A DNA stretch of 64,000 nucleotides from Haliotis rufescens (Eukaryota), in assembly GCF_023055435.1 (NCBI RefSeq), contig NW_025963957.1:2108001-2172000 (forward strand), written 5' to 3'. Of this stretch, positions 13,906-25,300 are shown one piece after another. A program made the position numbers and the translations under genes. The notes beneath the pieces are model-generated. The model did no database searches, had not been told where the DNA came from, and was given only the letters and a program-made list of their open reading frames with translations. Position 1 is the stretch's first letter. Every line of letters begins with the position of its first letter.

Positions 13906-15069
13906 CTATTCGGTAATTTCTAGTTTCTCAATAGACTGTGACTCGGTGTCGTGGGTGTCGTCGCTGACGGCGGAGGAGGCAAGAGAGATGGCGGAGTGGA
14001 GACGTTGCCTCATGGTGTCTACAAACACCAACTTATCAGGAAGTCTTTCAGGAAGCTTGTATTCAAAGTCAGAACCCGCAAAAAAAGAGGGTTCAGGTTT
14101 CTGGCTAGCTCTCGGCAGTAAAGGGGGCCCGAAATATGTCTTGTACGATGGCTCCTTATACATTGTGACTTTTCGCGGACTCACGAAAACAGGGAACAAG
14201 GAATCGACAGTGGATTCTCGCCTTGTCTCGTTTTTCTTACTGGCGTGGGATTTTGACACGTTACTGAATCCTAACTCTCGCGGGACCTTTCCCGACATAA
14301 TTTTGTAATTAAGGTCCCGGATGTTATGGAAGTACATTGGGGTGCTCGGCGTACCCCTCTTCAGCTTGTGTTTAAGCCGGGCTATCGTAAAAGCAGTTTT
14401 TTCGTTTTGTTTGAGTTTCTCTCTACGCGTTGAATCGTCATCTTCGTCTGGTTTCTTATGAGGGACGGGATGGCACTGTAAAGCCTTGGGGAGGTGAGAC
14501 CGTGCTATTTCACCACGGGCTATTTTTGTTTGAATATCGGTATTACTCATCCCAGGGTATAAACGCTTCACCAGGGTAGATGTGGTGATATTCTGCTGAG
14601 TCACCCTCAGACTTGGAAACGAGGCATCTGCATGATCCCTACTCTTGGCACGTGACTTGGACTTCCGGCACTCCTCACAAGCGCTAGGTCCCATGACTTC
14701 ACAGGAGTGAGAAGACCTCATCTCATCCAGGAGTTCATCGTCCGGGTCTGGAGTGTTCGGCTTGAGCGTGGATTGGGCTGAACTTATTCGGCTTCTTCCA
14801 TCCCTGGGGTCGATTGATGGGGTGAGGCTCTGTTGCTTGTGGAGGATGCGGCTGGCACTGGAGTGTGGTCTTGACAGACCGTCATCGCGGCGCACATCCT
14901 TCTGCGCAAGTTCTAGAACATGGCGGCGGTTCCGGTAGGATGACCTTGCCCTTTCTTTTTCTGCTAGAAGGTATATATCGTCCACACTCAGAGTTTTGAT
15001 ATCACCAGGGGTGCATATGTTCCTCTTATAGGACAGAGACATGTTGGGTTGGCCGACACATCTTGTCAT
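13906..15069 (-). CDS. Uncharacterised 387-aa basic, Ser/Arg/Lys-rich protein (single large exon)
   Basis: 1164-nt non-repetitive open frame, more GC-rich than its flanks. The ATG directly follows a good acceptor (tatattttcag|ATG), so upstream exons exist. No recognisable domain. Confidence 0.7.
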   Translation of the reverse strand: MTRCVGQPNMSLSYKRNICTPGDIKTLSVDDIYLLAEKERARSSYRNRRHVLELAQKDVRRDDGLSRPHSSASRILHKQQSLTPSIDPRDGRSRISSAQSTLKPNTPDPDDELLDEMRSSHSCEVMGPSACEECRKSKSRAKSRDHADASFPSLRVTQQNITTSTLVKRLYPGMSNTDIQTKIARGEIARSHLPKALQCHPVPHKKPDEDDDSTRREKLKQNEKTAFTIARLKHKLKRGTPSTPMYFHNIRDLNYKIMSGKVPRELGFSNVSKSHASKKNETRRESTVDSLFPVFVSPRKVTMYKEPSYKTYFGPPLLPRASQKPEPSFFAGSDFEYKLPERLPDKLVFVDTMRQRLHSAISLASSAVSDDTHDTESQSIEKLEITE

Positions 15070-15178
15070 CTGAAAATATACAAGACAAAGATTGTAACAT
15101 ATTTCGTAACACAGACGGATGAATATTGCAAGGTGGTGTAAAGTGAAATGGGATTTAACGTCGTGTTCAAGATTGTTT

Positions 15179-15310
15179 NNNNNNNNNNNNNNNNNNNNNN
15201 NNNNNNNNNNNNNNNNNNNNNNNNNNNNNNNNNNNNNNNNNNNNNNNNNNNNNNNNNNNNNNNNNNNNNNNNNNNNNNNNNNNNNNNNNNNNNNNNNNNN
15301 NNNNNNNNNN
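15179..15310. other. Assembly gap inside a SINE B copy
   Basis: Run of N. Confidence 1.
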
Positions 15311-15786
15311 GAGTTAAACTACCGCAGTTCAACATGGATAGCCCACTCTGCCCGGCCAGACCGCGATTTATCCCTTTAATACCGAGCGCCAAGAAGGGTA
15401 ACAGCAAGTAATAATATCTATTTTAGCGTCTTTGGTACAACGCGGACTGGATATCTGACCACCGACCTTCCGGTCTCCGGGCAGACTTTTCGTCACTAAA
15501 GTCGTCGAATTAATTAAATTTTGATGACGTGTTAATAATCCACCATCCAATCTTCAAATGAGTTGGCTTTATAGTTTTTAGCAAAATACCTTTACGCTTG
15601 GTATACCCGATGATCACATATAAAACCTTTGAATGTAAAAAGGTTCAGTACCCTTCAAAAAGGGAGGGTGCACATCTCTGGATCTACGTTAGTCTAATGT
15701 ATACAGTTTTGTGTGTCATGGTGACAGACACGTGTAATTCATATCATCTTACATTGTCAGTCACGTTTTAATATAACAACGCTCCA

Positions 15787-18483
15787 GTGAGAGGGGAGAG
15801 TGCAGTGCGAGGGGGTTGTGTAGTGTGAGGGGAGGGTGTAGTGTGAAGGGAGGGTGTAGTGTGAGGGGAGGGTATAGTGTGAGGGGAGCGTGTATTGTGA
15901 GGGGAGTGTGTAGTGTGAGGGGAGAGTGTAGTGTGTAGTGTGAGGGGAGGGTGTATTGTGAGGGGAGTATGTGTGAGGGGAGCGTGCAGTGCGAGGGGAG
16001 GGTGTAGTGTGTAGTGTGAGGGGAGGGTGTATTGTGAGGGGAGGGTGTATTGTGAGGGGAGCGTGCAGTGCGAGGGGAGGGTGTAGTGTGTAGTGTGAGG
16101 GGAGGGTGTAGTGCGAGTGGAGCGTGCAGTGCGAGTGGAGTGTGTAGTGTGAGGGGAGCGTGCAGTGCGAGTGGAGTGTGTAGTGTGAGGGGAGCGTGCA
16201 GTGCCAGGGGTGTGTGTAGTGTGAGGGGAGAGTGTAGTGCGAGGGGAGGGGGTAGTGTGAGGGGGGTGTGTAGAGTGAGGGGAGGGTGAAGTGTGAGGAG
16301 AGTGTGTAGTGTGAGGGGAGAGTTCAGTGTGAGGGGAGCGTGAAGTGTGAGGGGAGTGTGTAGTGTGAGGGGAGTGTGTAGTGTGTGGAGAGTGCAGTGT
16401 GAGGGGAGAGCGTAGTGTGAGGGGAGTGTGTAGAGTGAGGGGAGTGTGTAGTGTGAGGGGAGGGGGTAGTGTGAGGGGAGCGTGCAGTGCGAGGGGGGTG
16501 TGTAGTGTGAGGGGAGAGTGTAGTGCGAGGGGAGGGGGTAGTGTGAGGGGAGCGTGCAGTGCGAGTGGAGTGTGTAGTGTGAGGGGAGGGGGTAGTGTGA
16601 GGGGAGCGTGCAGTTCGAGTGGAGTGTGTAGTGTGAGGGGAGCGTGCAGTGCGAGGGGGGTGTGTAGTGTGAGGGGAGAGTGTAGTGCGAGGGGAGCGTG
16701 AAGTGTGAGGGGAGAGTGTAGTGCGAGGGGAGGGGGTAGTGTGAGGGGAGCGTGCAGTGCGAGTGGAGTGTGTAGTGTGTAGTGTGAGGGGGGTGTGTAG
16801 TGTGAGGGGAGCGTGTAGTGTGAGGGGAGGGCGTAGTGTGAGGGGAGAGTGTAGTGCGAGGGGAGAGTGTAGTGCGAGGGGAGCGTGCAGTGCGAGGGGT
16901 GTGTGTAGTGTGAGGGGAGAGTGTAGTGCGAGGGGAGCGTGCAGTGCGAGGGGGGTGTGTAGTGCGAGGGGAGGGGGTAGTGTGAGGGGAGCGTGCAGTG
17001 CGAGTGGAGTGTGTAGTGTGAGAGTGTAGTGTGAGGGGAGAGTGTAGTGTGAGGGGAGGGTGTAGTGTGAGGGGAGCGTGTAGTGTGAGGGGGGTGTGTA
17101 GTGTGAGGGGAGCGTGCAGTGCGAGTGGAGTGTGTACTGTGAGGGGAGCATGCAGTGCGAGGGGAGCGTGCAGTGCGAGTGGAGTGTGTAGTGTGAGGGG
17201 AGAGTGTAGTGCGAGGGGAGCGTGCAGTGCGAGTGGAGCGTGTAGTGTGAGGGGAGCGTGCAGTGCGAGGGGGGTGTGTAGTGTGAGGGGAGAGTGTAGT
17301 GCGAGGGGAGGGGGTAGAGTGAGGGGGGTGTGTAGTGTGAGGGGAGCGTGCAGTGCGAGGGGGTTGTGTAGTGTGAGGGGAGAGTGTAGTGCGAGGGGAG
17401 GGGGTAGTGTGAGGGGAGTGTGTAGTGTGAGGGGGGTGTGTAGTGTGAGGGGAGAGAGTAGTGCGAGGGGAGGGGGTAGAGTGAGGGGAGCGTGCAGTGC
17501 GAGGGGGGTGTGTAGTGTGAGGGGAGGGTGTATTGTGAGGGGAGGGGGTAGTGTGAGGGGAGGGGGTAGTGTGAGGGGGGTGTGTAGTGTGAGGGGAGTG
17601 TGTAGAGTGAGGGGAGGGGGTAGTGTGAGGGGTGTGTGTAGTGTGAGGGGAGTGTGTAGAGTGAGGGGAGGGGGTAGAGTGAGGGGAGCGTGCAGTGCGA
17701 GGGGTGTGTGTAGTGTGAGGGGAGAGTGTAGTGCGAGGGGAGGGGGTAGTGTGAGGGGAGTGTGTAGTGTGAGAGGAGTGTGTAGAGTGAGGGGAGGGGT
17801 AGTGTGAGGGGGGGGGGGTGTAGTGTGAGGGGAGTGTATAGAGTGAGGGGAGGGTGAAGTGTGAGGAGAGTGTGCAGTGTGAGGGGAGAGTTCAGTGTGA
17901 GGGGAGCGTGAAGTGTGAGGGGAGTGTGTAGAGTGAGGGGAGGGTGAAGTGTGAGAAGAGTGTGTAGTGTGAGGGGAGAGTTCAGTGTGAGGGGAGCGTG
18001 AAGTGTGAGGGGAGTGTGTAGTGTGAGGGGAGCGTGTAGTGTGTGGAGAGTGCAGTGTGAGGGGAGAGCGTAGTGTGAGGGGAGTGTGTAGAGTGAGGGG
18101 AGTGTGTAGTGTGAGGGGAGTGTGAAGTGTGAGGGGAGTGTGTAGAGTGAGGGGAGGGTGTAGTGTGAGGAGAGTGCAGTGTGAGGGGAGAGTGTAGTGT
18201 GAGGGGAGAGTTCAGTGTGAGGGGAGGGTGTAGTGTGAGGAGAGTGTGCAGTGTGAGGGGAGGGTGTAGTGTGAGGGGTGGGTGCAGTGTGAGGAGAGTG
18301 CAGTGTGAGGGGAGCGTGCAGTGTGAGGGGAGGGTGTAGTGTGAGGAGAGTGTGCAGTGTGAGGGGAGGGTGTAGTGTGAGGGGTGGGTGCAGTGTGAGG
18401 GGAATGTGCATTGTGAGGGGAGGGTGTAGTTTGAGGGGAGGGTGTAGTGTGAGGGGAGGGCGTAGTGTGAGGGTAATGTGTAG
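15787..18483. repeat. 18-bp G-rich minisatellite (gtagtgtgaggggagtgt), ~150 copies
   Basis: Direct tandem repetition with extreme G/C strand skew. Confidence 0.97.
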
Positions 18484-19406
18484 CGAGACAAGAGGCGTTC
18501 AGCTGCACCGTCATGTGCCTGTTACTGTTTCGTATATCTGGCACAACTCGCTGTTAATAACCATTGTACTTAGCCAGTGAGTCGTAACCATCACGCGAAC
18601 AAATATACCGCGGCTTTATGACACATTGTGGTCTTAACAATGTCTCAAAGAAGGGTCAAAATGAAAGGTCAAGTCTTACACCAGCGTTTTACGGGAACAT
18701 TTTGTTACATGTTGCTGGGTCGCTAAATTACTGAAACAATACCAATGTGGCGTGATGTTTTGGATGTAAAACATAATATTTATAATATCTACACATTCAT
18801 AGCGTAGTTACCATACTTGGAAATATGAACACTGAATAATATCTGAATGAAATATGTTTAAGAACCATGCCTTTATTCAGCGTATGATACGATCAATGAG
18901 AACCTCGGTACTATAGTACAGCATTTCAACCAAAAAAAAGCATTGGACGATTCCGTCTATGGCATAAGCGTGCGTTAATGAATCATTAAGAAATAGAGAT
19001 AATACGACAAGGGTTAATGTTCTGTATTAACTCATCATATTGTTATTTAAACATAATTACATGTTTCAACAGTCATCTTTCTCATTTAAAATTGAGATTT
19101 TCAATTTTTTAAACAGTTGTTTTAAATCAAAACTTTAACAATCAAATTCTTCCCAAAAGAGTGGGCAAGAGATGTGTGTAGATATTTTTATTGCCCAGTA
19201 GAGATGTAAAGCAGTTTGAAGAGGGTTTTTTCAACCCCAATAAAAGTTAAGATGAAATCAGGTTGGCCTGAGTGTTAATAATACATATTTACGATCTCTA
19301 TAACTTGAGGACTACACTGTCCACACTGTTACTGTCTAGCTTCAGAAAGGGCTAGTAAACAGTGCGGTGACAAACATATACAAATGTCAGGTTTTGAATA
19401 TCAGTA

Positions 19407-19537
19407 CAGTAAACTACGGTTATAACGAACACGCTTATAACGAACTACGGTTATAACGAACTAAAATTAGTAGTCCCTTTGAGTTCGTTATAACCGTAGT
19501 TCGTTATAAGCGTGTTCGTTATAACCGTAGTTTACTG
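19407..19537. mobile_element. 131-bp MITE with ~56-bp perfect TIRs and TA TSD (Tc1/pogo type)
   Basis: TA|CAGTAAACTACGGTTATAACGAACACGC... and its exact reverse complement ...TTTACTG|TA. Confidence 0.85.
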
Positions 19538-19844
19538 TATTTAAAACATTCAAGTCGTTGCAATATACATATGTCGACATGATCAGCAGATCTTATGTTT
19601 TTAAATCCCAGATTAGCTCTGGTTATTATCCTAGGTTTGTCAGCACCATACCGGTGCTCGTGCATAAATATCTACCACCTGCGTGACTGTGGGCTGAGAA
19701 AGCCGGCACACCGTGATATAAATTAAATATTGCCTTCTCACTCACAATTAACATCAGCAACATGCATCGGGAACTGATGAACGTACATGGATGCGTCTTA
19801 CTGCAAGGATTATTAGGCGCCGTTTTACTGTTTATTAACGTGTT

Positions 19845-20230
19845 GTATGACATCAATAATTTATTTATCGATTTCACCAACTGTTCTATTGGTATTACAA
19901 ATTCTAATTTTTGGTATGAAAAAATAAGTATTGATTTCTCAAATGTGTTTTGTATTGTTTAAATGAATTGTTTTTATGATCGAGTTTGTGATGTCAACAA
20001 TGTTTCATTCTTTTAAAACATTAAATCTTTTTACTATATATTGAAACCTACAAATACACCCATTTCATTTTTGTCTAAAAAATGTTTTGTGATTTAAATA
20101 AATGTATTTATTGAGATCTAAAAATACCCACTGTATTGTTATCTCAAAATCGATTTTGTGATACAAATAAATGTATTGATTTGATATCTTAAAATCAAAT
20201 TCGTAATATCAATGCATGAATTGTTGATAG
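19845..20230. repeat. Degenerate ~21-22-bp AT-rich periodic repeat (ttgtgatatcaa-like)
   Basis: Recurring ttgtgat/ttgatat/ttgagat + caa/aaaa motifs. Confidence 0.5.
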
Positions 20231-20593
20231 CATCGTGACGGCGACTCGTGAAGAATTTTTCACTTTTTTACAAGTAAAACTCGGTTATACCGAATGCACT
20301 TCCTCCAACCTAATCGCTTGTTCCGAATGTTCTATTAAGAAAATTATTAAGAATTCGGGATAAACTTGATGTGTATTTCCAAGTGTATGTTTGTATCCTC
20401 TTCTTGGTACACTTCATTATATCATAGTTAATGTATACACACACCCCGTACATCAGCCCTGTTCATCACATAGAAGTTGCGTGATAACCCGAAATACAAT
20501 TGTATCTTGTGTCTTTACTTTGAATGCTCCTAATTGCAAAACAACGTATTTCAAAACCACACCATCCAACCCGACCCACCCAACCCAACCCAT

Positions 20594-20658
20594 CACGCCA
20601 TGCCATGCCACGCCACGCCACGCCACGCCACGCGCCGCGCCATGCCACGCCACGCCAC
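20594..20658. repeat. (GCCAC)n pentamer repeat
   Basis: Direct. Confidence 0.9.
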
Positions 20659-21076
20659 TCTCCCCCACTCTCCCACAACGCTCACACCCTGCTCACACCC
20701 AGCGCTCTTAACTCTAAACCACACCCCCAACCCGATGCCAACAAAATAAATGTACCTATATCACTACCCTGTCACAGGATCCATATCGGTCTGCTCCCAA
20801 TCAGTGATAGGCAAGTGTCTAGCGTGACATAGTCCTGTATACCCCGGCGGTATTTCACAACAATAATCCGAGCTGTGTTTTGATATGTGTGTCTTTGTCC
20901 AGTGGGTCAAAACAATCTGAAATACATATCTTCTTGCCATGGCGTGAACATCGACCTCCGCCACACCGGCCTCGGTCGCACTGCGAACACACCACATTCA
21001 GTATATTACCATGTTGGTGAACGTGTGCACGGGATGTTGAATAAGTGAGTGAATGTGAATGATATTCCAGCCATAT

Positions 21077-21246
21077 CAGTGAGTGAGTGAGTGAGTATGG
21101 TTTTACGACGCTTTTAGCAATATTCCAACAATATCACGGCGGGGACACCAGAAATGGGCTTCACACATTGTACCCATGTCGGGAATCGAACCCGGGTTTT
21201 CGGCGTGACGAGCGAACGCTTTAGCCACTAGGCTACTCCACCGCCC
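21077..21246 (-). mobile_element. SINE A inserted into the tail of a SINE D copy
   Basis: 11-bp TSD tccagccatat (21066-21076, 21247-21257). Confidence 0.85.
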
Positions 21247-22045
21247 TCCAGCCATATGAAGACGGCCGGTAAAAAAAACCGAGTCTGTATCAGACAAACC
21301 AGTGATCGACTGCATGAGAATCGATGCAAGCAATCGGAGTACTATGACCAAATCCACCAACTGACAGAGCTTGACCTCCCGATTCCCTTTTAAGTCGACC
21401 CTCACTACAAGCATAACGTGCAAGGGATCGTTCTGACCTTGAATCCCACAATGAAGTATTGGTTTGTTTGTTGTTTAACGCCACACTCAGCAGTATTCCA
21501 GTATATGCCAGCGGTATGAAAATAATTGAGTCTGGACCAGACAATCCAGTGATTGATGTCATGAGCATCGATCCACGCAATTGGGATATGATGACATGCA
21601 TCAACCAAGTCAGCGAGCCTGACCACCCGAGAGACCCAACATTCACAAATTAGCAAGAAGCTGATATGTAGCTAGTCATGTACAACTTCTACCTGCGTCC
21701 AGATTTTTAACTTCCACTAATAAGACCTATTCTACCCCGGATCTTCACGGGTTGACGTATCAGCAATGTACGGGGTAGTAGTTCATCAGTCCTTCATCAC
21801 AATTACATGTGTTGACTTATACACAACTTATTGGCCCAAGCAACCTATATGCTTGTCGTATGAGGCGCCTAAAGGATCGGCTGGTCGGGTTCAGGTGAAT
21901 CAAACAATGACACCAGGTGTTCGCGAAAAGGTGAGCGTATCCTGGCCCCCGGTAGCACTCGTCACACACACATGAAACAGACACGGACAAAAACGATGTA
22001 AAAAGAAAGGTTAGGTTTAATGTTTACTGCACATACTGTTTACTG

Positions 22046-22351
22046 GGGGGCACGGGTGGCCCAGTCGTCAAAGGTGCCGCGATTCGCTGTGCAGAGTTGC
22101 GTCCCTTGGACACGTCAGAAACCTATGATTATGGGTTCGAATCCCGGTTCGCCCCGATTATGTTTCTGGGTTTGTCAGCACCATACCCGTGCTCGTGGGT
22201 TTCACCGAAGTGGTAAACGTCTGAGACCTGCATCACTTCGGGCTTTCCTCCCACATTAAGCTGACACGCCGCGATATAACTGGAATATTGTTAAAAGCGG
22301 CGTAAAACCCAACTCACTCACTCACTCACTCACTCACTCACTCACTACCTG
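22046..22351 (+). mobile_element. SINE family C (tRNA-Leu-like head with long A-B box spacer)
   Basis: 10-bp TSD ctgtttactg. Head GGTGGCCCAGTCGTC(T/A)AAGG(C/T)GCC...GGGTTCGAATCCC. Other copies at ~4880-5117(-), 25450-25620(-), 39910-40050(-), 43980-44130(+), 44327-44560(+), 52690-52915(+). Confidence 0.85.
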
Positions 22352-25300
22352 CTGTTTACTGAGGCAAGCCTCGTGGAGATTCCGGGGCAGAAGAAATCCC
22401 AAATACGCCATTTTTGCCATGAGAGCTGTCTAGAAATAGACTAGATGGTTATACACTGTGACTTGTCGGGGTGTGTGTCATTCTATCAACATTTGTCATT
22501 CAAAACAAAGTCAATAAAGAACATATTTGTCACAAATGTCTTAACCAGATTCATACAGAGCCGTGACGAAACGTCTTTTGAAATTGTATTCCCCTACAAG
22601 CATTGAACCAGACACAAGCAATCAGACATATCTGTTCAAAAACAGGAGACACCATGGAATACTCACCACGACACGGCGAGTAATTTATCCTCAGTTACAT
22701 CCAATTTCAAGCATATACGGTTCACGCTGTGCACGCTGACTTCACAACACCACCCAGTAGCTAGCTCTGCTCACCGACAGGAATCTTACAGAGAAGCAAC
22801 TCCGGGTTGTAAACAAATATCTCGTGTGAGCTGTAAAGTAGCCTGCGTTTACCGAGCGCTTGGAAACCAATATTGATTATAAGATAATTCAGTAACAGGT
22901 CAGAGGTTAACCCAGAGATACAAGTGAGACAATTACTCAATGTAGTGTTATCTTTTGTTAAATTATTTACTGTATTGTTCAGTTGTTGAACGATCTTTTC
23001 AAATATATTTGGTTAAATAAGTATTTTCATGGTATTGTATATTTTAACGTTAATGGGTATTTGTTGCTTCTTATTGTTAAATGGAGTGCCATCTTGAATA
23101 GACTGTTTGGTTTGGCGACACGGCAATGGTAACGTCACGTTGTACAAAGTAGGGGCGATATAGTAAATATACCTTAACCGATTTTAATATATATCCGATA
23201 GCCAATAGGGGCAGTTCAAACACGTTTACAAATGCCAATGTCAATCCTACCATTAGTGTTGTCAAATAAGTGAAGACAGGCACGTTGCACGTGATTTGTT
23301 CCGTCTTTTACTTGATACTGTTAACTTCGAGCGGGATTGCTACCATGTTATTTTATAAAAGGTTTTAAGTAACATATCACATGTCTATATTAAATGTTCA
23401 TTTATTTCTGCGTTATTTTATTATGTGACAGTTCATGCCATTTACAATTCATAATTAATGAAAGCCTTTCAATCCGATAACTTGAGCAGTTTCCAGTATT
23501 CTATAAGAACATGTAAATAATGTCTTAGATTAAAAAAACCCCACATATTCAAACATTGGTCCAACCAATTTGAAACTGTTTCTATGTTTTTGAGAAACAT
23601 TTGTTCCAGAGCCTACTGGATTTTTTTTTTAAATTTGCTCAACTCATGGAAAATTGTTATAGCGCGGTGTGGTACACCGAAAGCGTGCATCATTGCTCAT
23701 AATATCAATCACTGGATTGTCTGGTACAGACTTAATTGTTTACAGGCCGCCGTCATATGGAGCAGGACATGCGTGCTCTTTTCGCGAACACCCGGTATAT
23801 CATCACTGATTTTCAGTGACCCATTCATATAATTTTCATTACCATTTTGTCTTTTACGCCAAGTGAAATATGTTTGGACAGATAATTCAGACTCATAATT
23901 CTCTTACGTTGACGTACGTTTTGAATTATTCTTCCACTTATCAAAAGTGTATTTCAGCTATGTATACATTACAGTATTCAATTCAATCAAAATTTAATAT
24001 ATATGACACATTTCTTAAAAATTCCCTGTATGTGTTAATTTTGTTGGGCTTCTCCTTCAGAGAAATGAATGGTCTAGTCTGTCTCGAACAAACTCATGGA
24101 GCGCCTCCATGGTCTAGTGGTATAGCATTCGGCCGTGTCATGTTAAACAGCACGCACGCACGCACGCACGCACGCACCCGCGTCGCTATATAAGTTCAAT
24201 AATCTTTGACGCGATTATTTCACCTCACCCCCTAACGAACTCATCGCAATGTTTACACACTCGTTTCTCTCTTGATCTGTTGAAATTATGGAAAAAGTTA
24301 ATAGTTTTAGAATTGTGATATAGAGATTTCTGAGCAACACTGCAGAACATAATGAATATGCTGACTGCGCACATATTTCATTAACGCTACACCACATTAG
24401 CCATTGCAACTCTTGTCGGGAGAGGCATCGCAGATTACCTAACACCTAAACCCTCTGTCTGAATAACACAATAGACTCGGTAACAATAAACACAGCCTTT
24501 GTCAACACTGCTCTGATATACAGCAGTGCATGGCGTGGTTGTGTAAACCAACCTTTGGAGACAGTTGATAGCGGATTTTATGCTCTGTCCGGTCCATAAA
24601 TATCTTGAATTTCCACTTCAGTGTGTAGACAATGTGAAGTCACTTTATATGCCCTTGACAAGTCCTAACAAACCAGCCGGCCCTTCCCCGACACGTCTAT
24701 ACCGTTGGACACGATGACAAAGAAACAGTCAGGTGTTACAATGTGACAACTCGATCCTCATTTCAGTCAGTTCTTACCACAAACAGAGGTTCTGGGTAAC
24801 TAGAGTGTTTGTCAATTAAATTTGTTTGGGAATCTTTGTAAATTTGAATTTGAAGCTCGGACATGTTCTATTCGCTGCATATACCTGTCCGTTTGTGATA
24901 GTCATCGATACTTTCGTTGCATGAATTTTATGACGAGAGAGAGCAAGAAAGAAGAGTGTTTGTTTGTTTATTGTTTAAAGACACACTCAACAATAATCCA
25001 GCTATATGACGGTGGTATGTTTATGATCGTGTCTGGCTGTTGATGCCATGAGCATCGATCCACGCAATTGGGATCGATGACATGCATCAACCAAGTCAGC
25101 GAGCCTGAACATCCTAACCCGTTAGTCGTCTTTTACGATAAGCATAATCATAAAGAGAGAGAGAGAGAGAGAGATAGAGAGAGAGACTCAACACCCACCA
25201 ATTAGGAAAGGATCTTATATGGAGCTAGTCATGTCTTCTATTTCCATCATCATGTTTAAATTCCACAAATTCAAGTCCATAGTAGACAAAACAGGTAAAT

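Noticed and set aside
16324-18411. 695-aa His/Pro/Thr-rich ORF and overlapping + strand ORFs
   Set aside because: Translation of an 18-bp minisatellite. Open in several frames, with no signal peptide or unique flanking coding sequence.
20764-20997. 77-aa minus-strand ORF in unique sequence
   Set aside because: No recognisable motif and ambiguous splice signals, so support is insufficient.
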